IMG/VR virus record: IMGVR_UViG_2639762822_000001
Source: a virus
Lineage: Duplodnaviria; Heunggongvirae; Uroviricota; Caudoviricetes
Reading direction: 5' to 3' (one strand)
DNA length: 44,565 bases
The notes beneath the pieces were generated by a model, which was not told the DNA's origin, made no database searches, and saw only the letters and a list, made by a program, of their open reading frames with translations. Shown in pieces: positions 34,764-44,344 of this stretch. Position 1 is the first letter of the stretch. Each line of letters opens with the position of its first letter. The translations under genes were made by a program, and so were the position numbers.

Positions 34764-34916
34764 TTTTTCATTTAATCCAACGGATAGCAAACAATGAAGA
34801 ACGCGTCAGAATCACGAGCGGGAAGCTCTCTGACGCGTTTTCTCAGTGCTGGGTATGCGACGAGCTTACCCAGCTTCTTAAAGCGCTCTGTGGGCTTGAT
34901 ATTCTTTAGGGGAACT

Positions 34917-35759
34917 TCATCCAAAAGAATACTCCGCAATAAATTTCTTAACGATCGGGGAGTCATCATTCAACGTTAAGCAGCCACCTTCCCGGGTTGC
35001 AACTCCTGTCGCCGGAAAAACAGCCATCATTTGCCCAGCCTGGGTTGATGCCGTATTAAGCGGGTAGGGCTTCTCCGGATAGCTCATGAGCGCCAGCTTA
35101 ATGCTGTTACTGGTTGCCGTCTTTGTTTCGAGAATGTGCCGCATCGCAATAACCGTGTAGATGCTGATTTCCGGGCCGCCATTAAACCAGTTCATCAGAT
35201 TAAGGATCTTGTCTTTCGCTTTCACCGGAGCCTTATCGAAAGCCTCAGAAAAAACGGCTGACTCCAGGCCGGCTTTGGCATAAAACGCTTCATCCTTGTC
35301 TGCCAGAGTAAACCGCGGTTTTGCAGGTGCGCGTTCGCCTTTCGCTTTTTGTGGTTTGCTCTCTGTAACCTCAGCCTTTGGTTCTGGGTCGGGCGTTGGT
35401 GATGGCGCTGGAGCTACGCCTTTAGACTCGCACGGCTGTATTTCAGCAGTCGATTTTTCAGTAGCAGCCGGTTCGCTAACCGGGGTAGCTTCCGGCTCAA
35501 CGACTTTCACGGGTTTATGCTCGACCTCAAGCTCTTCAAAAACTTTGGTCAGATCATTAGCGGCATTGGCTTGGATGACCTCTTCAGCAACGGCTTCGAC
35601 TGGCTTTCCGATGTCATCATTCAGCCCAGCCAGCAGATCATCTATTTCATCACTGCCGCTTGCTTTGGCTGCTTGCGCGGTTGGTTCATCAAGTGATTGC
35701 AGCATTGCAGTCAGCTCGTCGAGGTCATCGTTCTTTACTGTGTTAGTTGCGTTTTTCAT
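34917..35759 (-). CDS. Hypothetical protein (acidic N-terminus, P/E/A-rich linker, folded C-terminus)
   Basis: 280 aa, GAGGAG RBS. Confidence 0.75.
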   Translation of the reverse strand: MKNATNTVKNDDLDELTAMLQSLDEPTAQAAKASGSDEIDDLLAGLNDDIGKPVEAVAEEVIQANAANDLTKVFEELEVEHKPVKVVEPEATPVSEPAATEKSTAEIQPCESKGVAPAPSPTPDPEPKAEVTESKPQKAKGERAPAKPRFTLADKDEAFYAKAGLESAVFSEAFDKAPVKAKDKILNLMNWFNGGPEISIYTVIAMRHILETKTATSNSIKLALMSYPEKPYPLNTASTQAGQMMAVFPATGVATREGGCLTLNDDSPIVKKFIAEYSFG

Positions 35760-35883
35760 CTGTCACTCCTCACTTGTTTTCAGCACTATCGCTTTTCGAT
35801 GAGTGCATTTTGTCAAAACCTATCAGGCGGAAAAGCAATTAATACAGGCAGTTGGGAGGAGAGCAGGGGAAGAAAAAGCGCCA

Positions 35884-36441
35884 TCAGGCGCTTTCGAAAG
35901 GGAGTTTGAAAAAGCCGTACTTCTCTCGGGCTTTGAAGAAACACTGCATCATCAGATCTGTATCATACAGAGCACTATGTGCCCTTTCCCGGTCGTATAC
36001 GAACCCGAGCGCGAACGCCAACTCTTCCAGACGTGGACGCTTGCCGTCTTCCGTGGCCCAAAGGCCATCAAGCATAGAGTCGACCAGATGAACTTCAGGC
36101 AGCTTCACACCGTACCCTGAAAACTCGTGACGAATAAAGGGGATATCAAACGCCTCTCCATTATGAGCAACCCACACACCACATTCCCCCATATAAGCGG
36201 CTATGTCTTTAGCGTGATCGGCAAGAAGTGGTTCTGCGGCAAGGTCTTCAAGAGAGATCCCATGTACTGCCTGCGCTTTCGGATCGATGTTGCGTCTTGG
36301 ATTAAAACGCAGTTCGAGGCTGTCAATATGAGTCCGTGTTTCCAACTCGTAACGCGTAATGGCGATCTCGATAATTTTGTGGCCGGACATAAAATCCAAC
36401 CCCGTGGATTCAATATCAATGCCACCTACAATCGTGGACAT
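35884..36441 (-). CDS. DEDDh 3'-5' exonuclease (DnaQ-like)
   Basis: 'DIESTG', 'HNGEAFD', 'HSALYD'. Confidence 0.9.
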   Translation of the reverse strand: MSTIVGGIDIESTGLDFMSGHKIIEIAITRYELETRTHIDSLELRFNPRRNIDPKAQAVHGISLEDLAAEPLLADHAKDIAAYMGECGVWVAHNGEAFDIPFIRHEFSGYGVKLPEVHLVDSMLDGLWATEDGKRPRLEELAFALGFVYDRERAHSALYDTDLMMQCFFKAREKYGFFKLPFESA

Positions 36442-36450
36442 GGTTACTCC

Positions 36451-36870
36451 TTATAGCTTCTTTGCGCCTTTCAGCAATGCGCTACGCACGAACTGAGCGG
36501 CTTTCTTTAGCGTTTCCTCTTCACTTTCACAGATTACCGGTGGCAACCATTTACCTGTGGCCGTGTTAAGGACGTTAATCTGGTTGGTGTCGAGGCAAAC
36601 GGAGACGTACAACACAGCCCCGCCCGCAGCTTTAAGATGCATAGGGAAAAGGGGACGCTTCGTGCCGCCGTTGAATTGCGACATTGCTTCGTTGAGAGCG
36701 GCGCCGACCTCTTCCCCAACAAGCCCCTGTGCGGACTCGAAAATGGCACGAATAGCCAGACGAGCTTCGCGATCGGTAATCAGTGATCGAGACTGTTCAT
36801 CTGCAATACGAATAAGAGCCTCTACCACTTTGCGATCCAACTCATCAGAGAGGGGAAGTTCGTCTATCAT
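36451..36870 (-). CDS. Hypothetical protein
   Basis: 139 aa, GAGG RBS, in operon. Confidence 0.7.
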   Translation of the reverse strand: MIDELPLSDELDRKVVEALIRIADEQSRSLITDREARLAIRAIFESAQGLVGEEVGAALNEAMSQFNGGTKRPLFPMHLKAAGGAVLYVSVCLDTNQINVLNTATGKWLPPVICESEEETLKKAAQFVRSALLKGAKKL

Positions 36871-36933
36871 GCTGTTTTTCCTCAAATCATTTCACTTACT
36901 TCATTGTCGCATCGCGCAACAGGTGAGCAAGTT

Positions 36934-37578
36934 TTAGTGCAGGGTCACTCGCCCATCAGCCCGACGCTCGATGTTCTCCGAGACTCTGTCCAGCTGGCGT
37001 ATGACAGACCTGGCTCGGGACTCTACCGTTTGGCATTTCTTAGAGATGACGAACACCTGTAGATCACCTATGTTTGGCAGCACATTAATTTTTGTTAATT
37101 CACCGCACATCAGCGCATCAATGCGCGCGACATAGAGACGGTCAAGCGAACCACGCTGTTCACGACTTCTATCTGCACTCGTTAGACAAACACCCGGGCG
37201 AAGACCAACAATGGCGTTAAAGTTGCTAACCACCGCCTGGTGACAAAAACGCTCAATTTCCATCGCCAGTTCAATGCACCGGTCTTCATTCGTCTGGCCG
37301 ACCAGATCTAATGTGTAGGCGACAACATCAGCTGGCGTTCGGTCTATAACAAACCCGTCCATGCCCCGCGTAATCAGCTCGATATGCCGGGCAATTTCCA
37401 TTTGCACCTGCAGGCGTTCGTAAAGCGGCAACTCTTCACCAACTTTGACCCCCAGCTTACTCATCAGCTTGCCCACCCCGGCATCCACATACGGAATGCC
37501 GTAGTGCCGATCGATATATTTCGCCAGAGTTGTTTTTCCACTGCCCTGCGCACCAGTGATCCCAATCCGATAATCCAT
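36934..37578 (-). CDS. Deoxynucleoside monophosphate kinase-like P-loop protein
   Basis: 'GITGAQGSGKTT', 'IDRTPAD'; located beside DHFR and ThyA. Confidence 0.75.
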   Translation of the reverse strand: MDYRIGITGAQGSGKTTLAKYIDRHYGIPYVDAGVGKLMSKLGVKVGEELPLYERLQVQMEIARHIELITRGMDGFVIDRTPADVVAYTLDLVGQTNEDRCIELAMEIERFCHQAVVSNFNAIVGLRPGVCLTSADRSREQRGSLDRLYVARIDALMCGELTKINVLPNIGDLQVFVISKKCQTVESRARSVIRQLDRVSENIERRADGRVTLH

Positions 37579-38054
37579 TACGACCTTCTGTAAACGATCT
37601 GTGTAAATCCAGGTTCATCTTCGCTGGCACGTTGGTTGTAAGCCGTTTTAACAGGTACAAACCCCATTGTGCGCATCATCTGCACAGGGAAAAACGTGTC
37701 GGCATCAGGCACATCCAGCCCAATATGAGAAAGCCATATCTCTTCGACATACGGCATTAAAAGTGAGTAAATCTGACTACCACCGATAACCCAAATCGGA
37801 TCTGGTAGTTTCAAAACATCATCAACACCAGCGGGGTAGAAGCCATTGGGGATATGTCCACCAGAACGTGTCAGAACGAGATTGTGGCGCTCTGAAAGAG
37901 GGTGCTTGAGACTGTCCATCGTCTTGCGCCCCATCACGACAGTGGCATTTCTGGTGAGTTGTTTGAACAGGTTCAAATCGGTAGGGCAACGCCAGGGAAG
38001 TTCGTTACCAATGCCGATTTCATAGTTGCGGCCAACAGCTGCAATCATCTTCAT
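37578..38054 (-). CDS. Dihydrofolate reductase
   Basis: 'IAAVGRNYEIGIGNELPW', 'D27', 'MGRKT', 'VIGGSQIY', 'DTFFP'. Confidence 0.9.
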   Translation of the reverse strand: MKMIAAVGRNYEIGIGNELPWRCPTDLNLFKQLTRNATVVMGRKTMDSLKHPLSERHNLVLTRSGGHIPNGFYPAGVDDVLKLPDPIWVIGGSQIYSLLMPYVEEIWLSHIGLDVPDADTFFPVQMMRTMGFVPVKTAYNQRASEDEPGFTQIVYRRS

Positions 38055-38464
38055 TGGCTTACCTCATAAATGGTTGGTCGCTGGTGCGAATCAGCCAGCG
38101 CGGAGCGCAAACGTGGATCATGGACAAGTGCGGCGATAAGCAAATCCCCTTTATGATCTGCCAGAGTGCGCTTGATATGGTTTTCATAAGTGACACCTCG
38201 CGGAACGAGGTGGAGCCAGTCGTAATCAATGCCGAAGTCTTTCAACCAGCGTTTCGTTGGGGACTCAAGCGACTCCGGGCGACAGCTGATAAGCACCACT
38301 TCAGCACCGGAGCGAGCAAAACCACGCAACATGCGGCTGGTGGAAAAGATGAGTTCATCGCCGGCAATGAGAGCGCCAGCATCTGCGTCAGGTACTGATT
38401 TACGATGGCTGGCCCTCGCCAGCACACCTTCAATTTCACACAGGACATACATACCTCTGGCCAT
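38051..38464 (-). CDS. HAD-fold (PNKP phosphatase-like) protein with atypical motif I
   Basis: 'VLCEIEGVLA..HR' in place of DxDGTL; 'ISCRPES', 'KRWLKDFGIDYD.L'. Confidence 0.6.
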   Translation of the reverse strand: MARGMYVLCEIEGVLARASHRKSVPDADAGALIAGDELIFSTSRMLRGFARSGAEVVLISCRPESLESPTKRWLKDFGIDYDWLHLVPRGVTYENHIKRTLADHKGDLLIAALVHDPRLRSALADSHQRPTIYEVSQ

Positions 38465-38465
38465 A

Positions 38466-39581
38466 TCACACCGCCACTGGAACCTTGATCCACGGAAGAG
38501 GGTCATAGCCGCAAATTTTGATGCCGTCCCATTTGAAGTCATCAAGTTCCGCCCACTCATGCGGGAAGAGGACTACCGGATCGGAGTGCTCAGGCACCTG
38601 GCGCTTCATCAGCTCATATACACCTTCCATGTGGTTGTCATAGAGATGAACATCAAAGCCAAAATGCACGAAGGCGCCAGCCATATGGCCGGTTATCTTT
38701 GCAAGAAAATGGGTGAGGATGCCGTAGCCTGCGATATTGAAAGGCATACCAACAAAAGTATCGACGCTTCGCTGCACCAGGCAGGAGTTCAGGATACGCG
38801 TAGGGATTCCCAGCTCATCCAGAACGCTTTCAGAAATCCCGCCATCCTTCTCCAGAATGCATAGCATTTGGGTGTAGATAGACTCATGCTCGTAACGATT
38901 GTGTTGTAGCCCAATGTCAGTCGCCATAGTCAGCCTGGTTTCAAAATCCAGCTCACGACTCCACAATGAAAAGACGAAATGACAGGGGGGTAATTTCATG
39001 TCCTCCAGTTCACCCACATTCCAGGCGTTCAGAAGAATGCGACGATCGGTAGGATTGGTACGCAGCGTGTCGACTATACGCTGAAGCTGGTCAATTTCAC
39101 GGGACAGGACGACGCGATCCTCGTTTACCCCCAGATAGCCTTCAACCTTGTAACCACGTTCGCGCAAGGCGTCGATATTTCTCTGATATTCACTGTGGGA
39201 AACAATGCGAGTGTCACCCCATCGGCGCCACTGTTTGCCGTAAACCGGCCCTAAGTCGCCATTTTCATCTGCCCAGGCGTCCCATATCTTTACGCCATGT
39301 TCTTTTAGAAACTGGATGTTGCCTGTACCTTTCAGATACCACTCAAGCTCCACCAGCAGCGGTTTCAGGTTGACGGATTTTCCTGAGATAAGAGGAACGG
39401 AACCACCAGTTAGCATGTAGTAAGACGGCACATAGGAGACGCTCATTGTGCCGGTGCCAGTGCGATCTTCGGCATGAACTCCAGTTTTAAGGACTGTCTC
39501 AACCACTTTTGCATACGATGCACTTGCAAACTGACCGTTTGTAAATTCACGATTCAGAAGAATGGACAAATCAAACCTCAC
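38466..39581 (-). CDS. thyA: Thymidylate synthase (with two insertions)
   Basis: 'DRTGTGT', 'IWDAW', 'GPVYGKQWR', 'LPPCH', 'QRSVD..GMPFN', 'HLYDNH'. Start may be the TTG at 39569. Confidence 0.95.
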   Translation of the reverse strand: MRFDLSILLNREFTNGQFASASYAKVVETVLKTGVHAEDRTGTGTMSVSYVPSYYMLTGGSVPLISGKSVNLKPLLVELEWYLKGTGNIQFLKEHGVKIWDAWADENGDLGPVYGKQWRRWGDTRIVSHSEYQRNIDALRERGYKVEGYLGVNEDRVVLSREIDQLQRIVDTLRTNPTDRRILLNAWNVGELEDMKLPPCHFVFSLWSRELDFETRLTMATDIGLQHNRYEHESIYTQMLCILEKDGGISESVLDELGIPTRILNSCLVQRSVDTFVGMPFNIAGYGILTHFLAKITGHMAGAFVHFGFDVHLYDNHMEGVYELMKRQVPEHSDPVVLFPHEWAELDDFKWDGIKICGYDPLPWIKVPVAV

Positions 39582-39586
39582 AAATT

Positions 39587-39606
39587 ATAAGTAAGTACAC
39601 ACCTAT
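39587..39606 (-). promoter_or_regulatory. Motif A before thyA
   Basis: ATAAGTAAGTACACACCTAT; perfect TATAAT on the minus strand. Confidence 0.7.
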
Positions 39607-39657
39607 TATTTTATACAATATTCATGCAGGCAAGCAGGTATGTACACGATAAAAGGT

Positions 39658-39686
39658 AAAAAAAATGGTGGCCCTAAGGCCACCAT
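39658..39686 (-). terminator. Rho-independent terminator
   Basis: ATGGTGGCC-4nt-GGCCACCAT followed by a T-tract on the minus strand. Confidence 0.8.
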
Positions 39687-39740
39687 AGATACAGCAATTG
39701 ATAAATTGGACAATAAAACACGCACAATCAATATACGCTG

Positions 39741-39760
39741 ATAAGTTAGTACTTACAATT
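39741..39760 (-). promoter_or_regulatory. Motif A overlapping MazG-like stop codon
   Basis: ATAAGTTAGTACTTACAATT. Confidence 0.5.
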
Positions 39761-40628
39761 GCTTTTTCACTGCTTCGTATAGAGAAGAGGTCATCGCCTT
39801 GTCTACAAAACGAGAGAGATCGACATCACTATAGGTTGGCGATTTGAGTATTTTTCCATCTGAAAGACGGTAGCCGATCATCATCTCAGTCCCTTCAGCA
39901 TGACGGAAGCCGAGATCGTTTTTATCGTATTTGCAGTTTTCAACCGCTACACGACGTTCTTCAGCGTCAGCCGGCCACAGTTTGGTCATGTTTGAACGAT
40001 GGATTTCAGCCACCAGCTCAACGATGTCGATGCCGAGAAACTCAGCCAGACGGTAGGTCATCATGCACGCAACATAAATTTTGTTCATTACACGGCGTAA
40101 ATCGCGAATGAGTTCGGATTCACTGACCTTCGTGGTTTCAAGTTTATCGGCAAGGGCAGCCAGCATAAGTGCCGCTTCTTCAGCCTCTTTGAACGGAATG
40201 GCCATGTCGTCGAAGACCGTATTGCCCGGAACCATGATGGTTTCCATGAAGCGATCAACGCTCTGCTCTTGGGTGTAGTAACTCATACCCGTAGAGATAC
40301 CGCCTTTGATGGCAACCATAGAACCGATGCCAACGTATAGAAAGTCAGCCATAGCATCCAGCAGCGCAGTCATGTCACCTTTCTCAGCCGCTGGGATGCC
40401 TTCAGTTACCGCTTCTTCGTGAATCAGCTTTGCACGAAGACGTAGCAACGCCGGATCTGGCATTACACGGCGTGGATGCTGAAATAATGCATGGAACTGG
40501 TCAACCATCTGGTAAATGCTCTCTGTGGCCTGGCCAAAGCCGGGATTCAGCTCATACGGTTCAGGTTTAAAACCAACAAGTTTGTCGGCAGCCAGTTTCA
40601 GATGATCGGTCAGTTTCGTAAATTTCAT
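39753..40628 (-). CDS. MazG-like all-alpha NTP pyrophosphohydrolase (dUTPase-like) with long insertion
   Basis: 'VDQFH..F', 'LIHEEA..E', 'DAMADFLYV', 'EIHRSNMTK', 'DGKILK'. Confidence 0.75.
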   Translation of the reverse strand: MKFTKLTDHLKLAADKLVGFKPEPYELNPGFGQATESIYQMVDQFHALFQHPRRVMPDPALLRLRAKLIHEEAVTEGIPAAEKGDMTALLDAMADFLYVGIGSMVAIKGGISTGMSYYTQEQSVDRFMETIMVPGNTVFDDMAIPFKEAEEAALMLAALADKLETTKVSESELIRDLRRVMNKIYVACMMTYRLAEFLGIDIVELVAEIHRSNMTKLWPADAEERRVAVENCKYDKNDLGFRHAEGTEMMIGYRLSDGKILKSPTYSDVDLSRFVDKAMTSSLYEAVKKQL

Positions 40629-40710
40629 GTCTTCTTTTTTTCCTTCGTACTTCATTTGATGCGTCAATTGTGACCCAGCGTAGCCAGGCCACATAATGGT
40701 TAAACTCGGC

Positions 40711-41853
40711 TTAGAGGTCTGCAAACTGGCTCAGACTGGCGCGATCGACCGCGGAGTCGATTTGGCCGACGAGATAGGTGCTTTGTTCTGCTTCCTGCGG
40801 GGCAATCTGTAAGGTATCGGACAACAACCATTTGTTCATCCATACCAGCGGATCGTCTTTGATTTTCGGGAATAATGGTTTCAGTCCCATACGACGCATT
40901 GCCAGGTTGGTGCGATATTTTACATAGCTTTTTAGAATATCGGCATTCAAGCCAATCATTGATCCATCTTTGAACAGATAATCAGCCCAGCGCATTTCCT
41001 GCTCGGCCACATCCATCATGGTCTGGTAGATAAAGTCTTCCTCTTCAGCGGCGATCTGCTTCCACAGGAGACCTTCACGGCCAGTGCGCATAAAACGGAT
41101 CATTCGCTCAGTACCTTCGCAATGCAGAGCCTCATCACGCGCAATGAAACGCATGATTTTGGTGTTGCCCTCCAGCAGCTTCCGCTCGCCAAAGGCAAAA
41201 GTACACGCAAAGCTCACATAAAAGCGGATCGCTTCCAGAGCATTAATGGAAACCAGAGTACGGAAAAGCTGGCGCTGGAGAGGGTAGGGTTTACCGTCAA
41301 ATTCTGATGCATAGAGGCGCTCAAACTCATCTTCGCCAACGTGCTGGCGGGCGCAGGTCATCTCATACAGCTTATCGTATTCACTGGAGATGCTGATTGC
41401 TCGACTGATAATCTCTTCGTCAGTAACGATCCCGTCGAACACAATGCTCGGGTCATCAACCATACCGCGGATAATATGTGTATAGCTGCGGCTATGGATG
41501 GTTTCGGAGAAAGACCAGGTCTCCACCCATGTTTCCAGCTCCGGGATAGAAATAAGCGGAAGCAAAGTCGCATTAGGACTGCGTCCCTGAACAGAATCAA
41601 GCAGCGTCTGGTAACGCAGATTGCTCAGAAAAATATGGCGTTCATGCTCTTGTAGTTTGGCATTAAAGTCGATGCGGTCAGTGGTTATGTCAACCTCTTC
41701 CGGCCGCCAGAAAAATGACAGTTGTTTCTCGATCAGTTTTTCAAAATCACGGTACTTTTGCTGATCGTAACGAGCAACATTCACTGACTGCCCGAGGAAC
41801 ATCGGCTCTTTCGTTGCGTCGTTAACGCCCAAACGGAAAGTAGAATAGCTCAT
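40711..41853 (-). CDS. nrdB: Ribonucleotide reductase class Ia beta subunit
   Basis: 'FFWRPEEVD', 'DSVQ', 'ETIHSRSY', 'EAIRFY.SF', 'RDEALH', 'APQE'. Confidence 0.97.
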   Translation of the reverse strand: MSYSTFRLGVNDATKEPMFLGQSVNVARYDQQKYRDFEKLIEKQLSFFWRPEEVDITTDRIDFNAKLQEHERHIFLSNLRYQTLLDSVQGRSPNATLLPLISIPELETWVETWSFSETIHSRSYTHIIRGMVDDPSIVFDGIVTDEEIISRAISISSEYDKLYEMTCARQHVGEDEFERLYASEFDGKPYPLQRQLFRTLVSINALEAIRFYVSFACTFAFGERKLLEGNTKIMRFIARDEALHCEGTERMIRFMRTGREGLLWKQIAAEEEDFIYQTMMDVAEQEMRWADYLFKDGSMIGLNADILKSYVKYRTNLAMRRMGLKPLFPKIKDDPLVWMNKWLLSDTLQIAPQEAEQSTYLVGQIDSAVDRASLSQFADL

Positions 41854-41958
41854 GTGTTTCCCTATATAGTTCTGAATTTATTGGCTTAATTGTTTTAACG
41901 TCCGTCAAAACAAGTTGTTATCTTATGCGCTTAAATAAGGTGAACAACATTAGAAGAG

Positions 41959-41978
41959 GGTGGGGCTTAAGCCCCACC
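41959..41978. other. Stem-loop between nrdA and nrdB
   Basis: GGTGGGGC-TTAA-GCCCCACC. Confidence 0.6.
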
Positions 41979-41982
41979 TTTG

Positions 41983-44298
41983 TCAGATTTTGCACGCGCC
42001 ATCGCATTCATCTTCCGGCTCAACCGCCTCTGCATGAGGCTGTTCGGATGCCAGGTTATCTTCTTCGCGTTTGCCCGCCCCATCGCGAGTGTTGTGGTAA
42101 TAAAGAGTTTTCACACCTTGCTGATAGGCATACAGCAGGTCTTCCAGCAGCTTCATCATGGGAACTTTATCGCCAGGGAAGCGAGTGGGGTCGTAGTTGG
42201 TATTTGCGGAAATAGCCTGATCAAAGAACTTCTGGATGATGGCGACCTTAGTCAGATAACCGCGGTTATCCGGCATATCCCAGAGATACTCGTAGTGCCC
42301 TTTTAGGGTTTCGAAATCCGGAACCACCATTTTCACAATACCGTCCTTAGACGACTTAATGGAAACCGGGCCGCGCGGCGGCTCGATACCATTGGTGGAA
42401 TTGGTGATCTGACTGGAGGTCTCACACGGCATTTGTGCGGTCAGAGTCGAGTTACGGAGACCATGCTCACGGATGCGGCCACGCAATTCCTCCCACGGCA
42501 TTTTTAGCTCGAAAGAGGTCTCCGGGTTGGCATCCAGTGTTTTACGATAATGGTCAACTGGCAGCTGGCCCTGCGCGTATTTGGTATGCGAGAACCAGTC
42601 ACACGCACCTTTTGCTTCGGCCAGGCGGTTGCTTGCATCAAGCAGGTAATACTGAATGGCTTCGAAGGTTTCATGCACCAGCTGGTTGCCGGCAGCGTCA
42701 GAATAGTTAAAGCCGTTCTTCGCCAGATAGTAGGCAAAATTGGTCACGCCAATCCCCAGACTACGACGTGCTTTGGCAGGGAGTTCTGCAGCGGCCATAG
42801 GGTAGTCCTGATAATCGAGCAGAGAGTCCAGCGCCGCCACAGCATAGAACGCCACGTCTTTGAGTGCGTCCAGCGTGCGGATCGCACCCAGGTTAAACGC
42901 AGATAGGGTGCAAAGCGCGATTTCCCCGTTCGGATCGTCAGTGAATGCCAGTGGTTTAGTCGGCAGCGTGATCTCCATACAGAGGTTGGACTGGTGTACC
43001 GGCGCAATTTCCGGAACGAACGCGCCGTGATCGTTCATGTGGTCGACGTTCGCAATATAAACGCGACCAGTAGAGGCACGCTCCTGCATCAGCGTCGAAA
43101 ACAGTTCGACAGCCGGGATGGACTTCTTGCGAATGCTGTCATCGGCCTCGTATTGCAGGTACATCTCTTCAAACTTATCCTGGTCAACAAAGAACGCTTC
43201 ATACAGACCCGGTACATCGTGTGGGCTGAACAGAGTAATGTTTTCGTTGCGCACCAGGCGGCGATACATCAGACGGTTAATCATTACGCCATAGTCGAGA
43301 TGGCGAACGCGGTTTTCTTCGATGCCACGGTTGTTTTTCAGCACCAGCAGACTTTCAACTTCCAGATGCCAGATCGGATAGAACGCTGTAGCAGCACCGC
43401 CGCGCACGCCGCCCTGGGAGCAGGACTTCACCGCCGTCTGGAAGTGTTTCAGGAATGGAATAACACCAGTATGGGTGGCCTCGCCATTGCGGATCTCACT
43501 TCCCAGCGCTCGCAGGCGTCCAAAGCCAATACCAATGCCTGCGCGACGTGACACGTAATCGATGATTGCGGAAGATGCAGCGCTAATTCCCTTCAGACTA
43601 TCTTCAGCTTCAATGAGAACACAGCTGGAGAACTGGCGAGTAGGTGTGCGCACACCTGCCATGATTGGCGTTGGCAAAGAAAGTTTGAATGTACTGGTTA
43701 CATCGTAAAATCCTTTGACCATTTCCAGGCGAGTTTTGCCGGCACAACCATCTTCCCAATTTTGAAAGAGGCACATGCCCACCAGCATATACAGCTGTTG
43801 CGGTCCTTCGTAGATTTCATCCGTAACGCGGTTTTGAACAAGGTATTTGCTCGCCAGTTGTACAGTGGCAGCATAACCAAAGTATTCGTCGCGCTTAGGT
43901 TTGATGTAGGCGCCCAGCTCTGCAATCTCTTCCACAGAGTAGAATTTGAGAAGGTCTTCATCGTAAACACCCCGGCTCACGTTGCTCACGATGTGGTTGT
44001 AAAAATTTGGATAGTCGTATTGGCCAAAGGCATCTTTACGAAGTTTGAACAGATTCAGCCGCGCAGCGACCTTTGAATAATTCGGCGTTTCTGGAGAAAT
44101 CAGATCGGCAGCAGACTTTACCAGAGCCTCATGCAGTTGGCAGGTAGTCATACCATCAAAGATACTTGCTGCGGCGCCCATAGCGACTGCGGAAGCGCTA
44201 ACGTTGCGGATATTTTCTACACCCCACATTACAACGCGGTTGTATTTTTCTTCAGATAGCGGTTCCACTGAACCGTCACGTTTTACGATGCTTATCAT
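41983..44298 (-). CDS. nrdA: Ribonucleotide reductase class Ia alpha subunit (ATP cone)
   Basis: 'IVKRDG', 'PTPIM', 'QFSSC', 'QSNLCME', 'TSSQI', C-terminal 'CDGAC'. Confidence 0.97.
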   Translation of the reverse strand: MISIVKRDGSVEPLSEEKYNRVVMWGVENIRNVSASAVAMGAAASIFDGMTTCQLHEALVKSAADLISPETPNYSKVAARLNLFKLRKDAFGQYDYPNFYNHIVSNVSRGVYDEDLLKFYSVEEIAELGAYIKPKRDEYFGYAATVQLASKYLVQNRVTDEIYEGPQQLYMLVGMCLFQNWEDGCAGKTRLEMVKGFYDVTSTFKLSLPTPIMAGVRTPTRQFSSCVLIEAEDSLKGISAASSAIIDYVSRRAGIGIGFGRLRALGSEIRNGEATHTGVIPFLKHFQTAVKSCSQGGVRGGAATAFYPIWHLEVESLLVLKNNRGIEENRVRHLDYGVMINRLMYRRLVRNENITLFSPHDVPGLYEAFFVDQDKFEEMYLQYEADDSIRKKSIPAVELFSTLMQERASTGRVYIANVDHMNDHGAFVPEIAPVHQSNLCMEITLPTKPLAFTDDPNGEIALCTLSAFNLGAIRTLDALKDVAFYAVAALDSLLDYQDYPMAAAELPAKARRSLGIGVTNFAYYLAKNGFNYSDAAGNQLVHETFEAIQYYLLDASNRLAEAKGACDWFSHTKYAQGQLPVDHYRKTLDANPETSFELKMPWEELRGRIREHGLRNSTLTAQMPCETSSQITNSTNGIEPPRGPVSIKSSKDGIVKMVVPDFETLKGHYEYLWDMPDNRGYLTKVAIIQKFFDQAISANTNYDPTRFPGDKVPMMKLLEDLLYAYQQGVKTLYYHNTRDGAGKREEDNLASEQPHAEAVEPEDECDGACKI

Positions 44299-44311
44299 GT
44301 ATCACCCAATT

Positions 44312-44337
44312 AAAAAGGCCACTATATCTAGTGGCCT
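44312..44337 (-). terminator. Rho-independent terminator upstream of nrdA
   Basis: AGGCCACTA-4nt-TAGTGGCCT followed by TTTT on the minus strand. Confidence 0.7.
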
Positions 44338-44344
44338 CATGTTA

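Noticed and set aside
34772-34969. 65-aa ORF over two intergenic hairpins (34800-34841, 34846-34874)
   Set aside because: It overlaps the upstream gene end and has no clear RBS; the sequence is better explained as stem-loops.
38466-39581. dCMP hydroxymethylase / base-modifying ThyA homologue
   Set aside because: Retains the dUMP-specifying Asn (GMPFN) and canonical ThyA motifs.
38466-44298. Introns or inteins in thyA, nrdB or nrdA
   Set aside because: All three ORFs are continuous and near the expected length, with no homing endonuclease or intein motifs.
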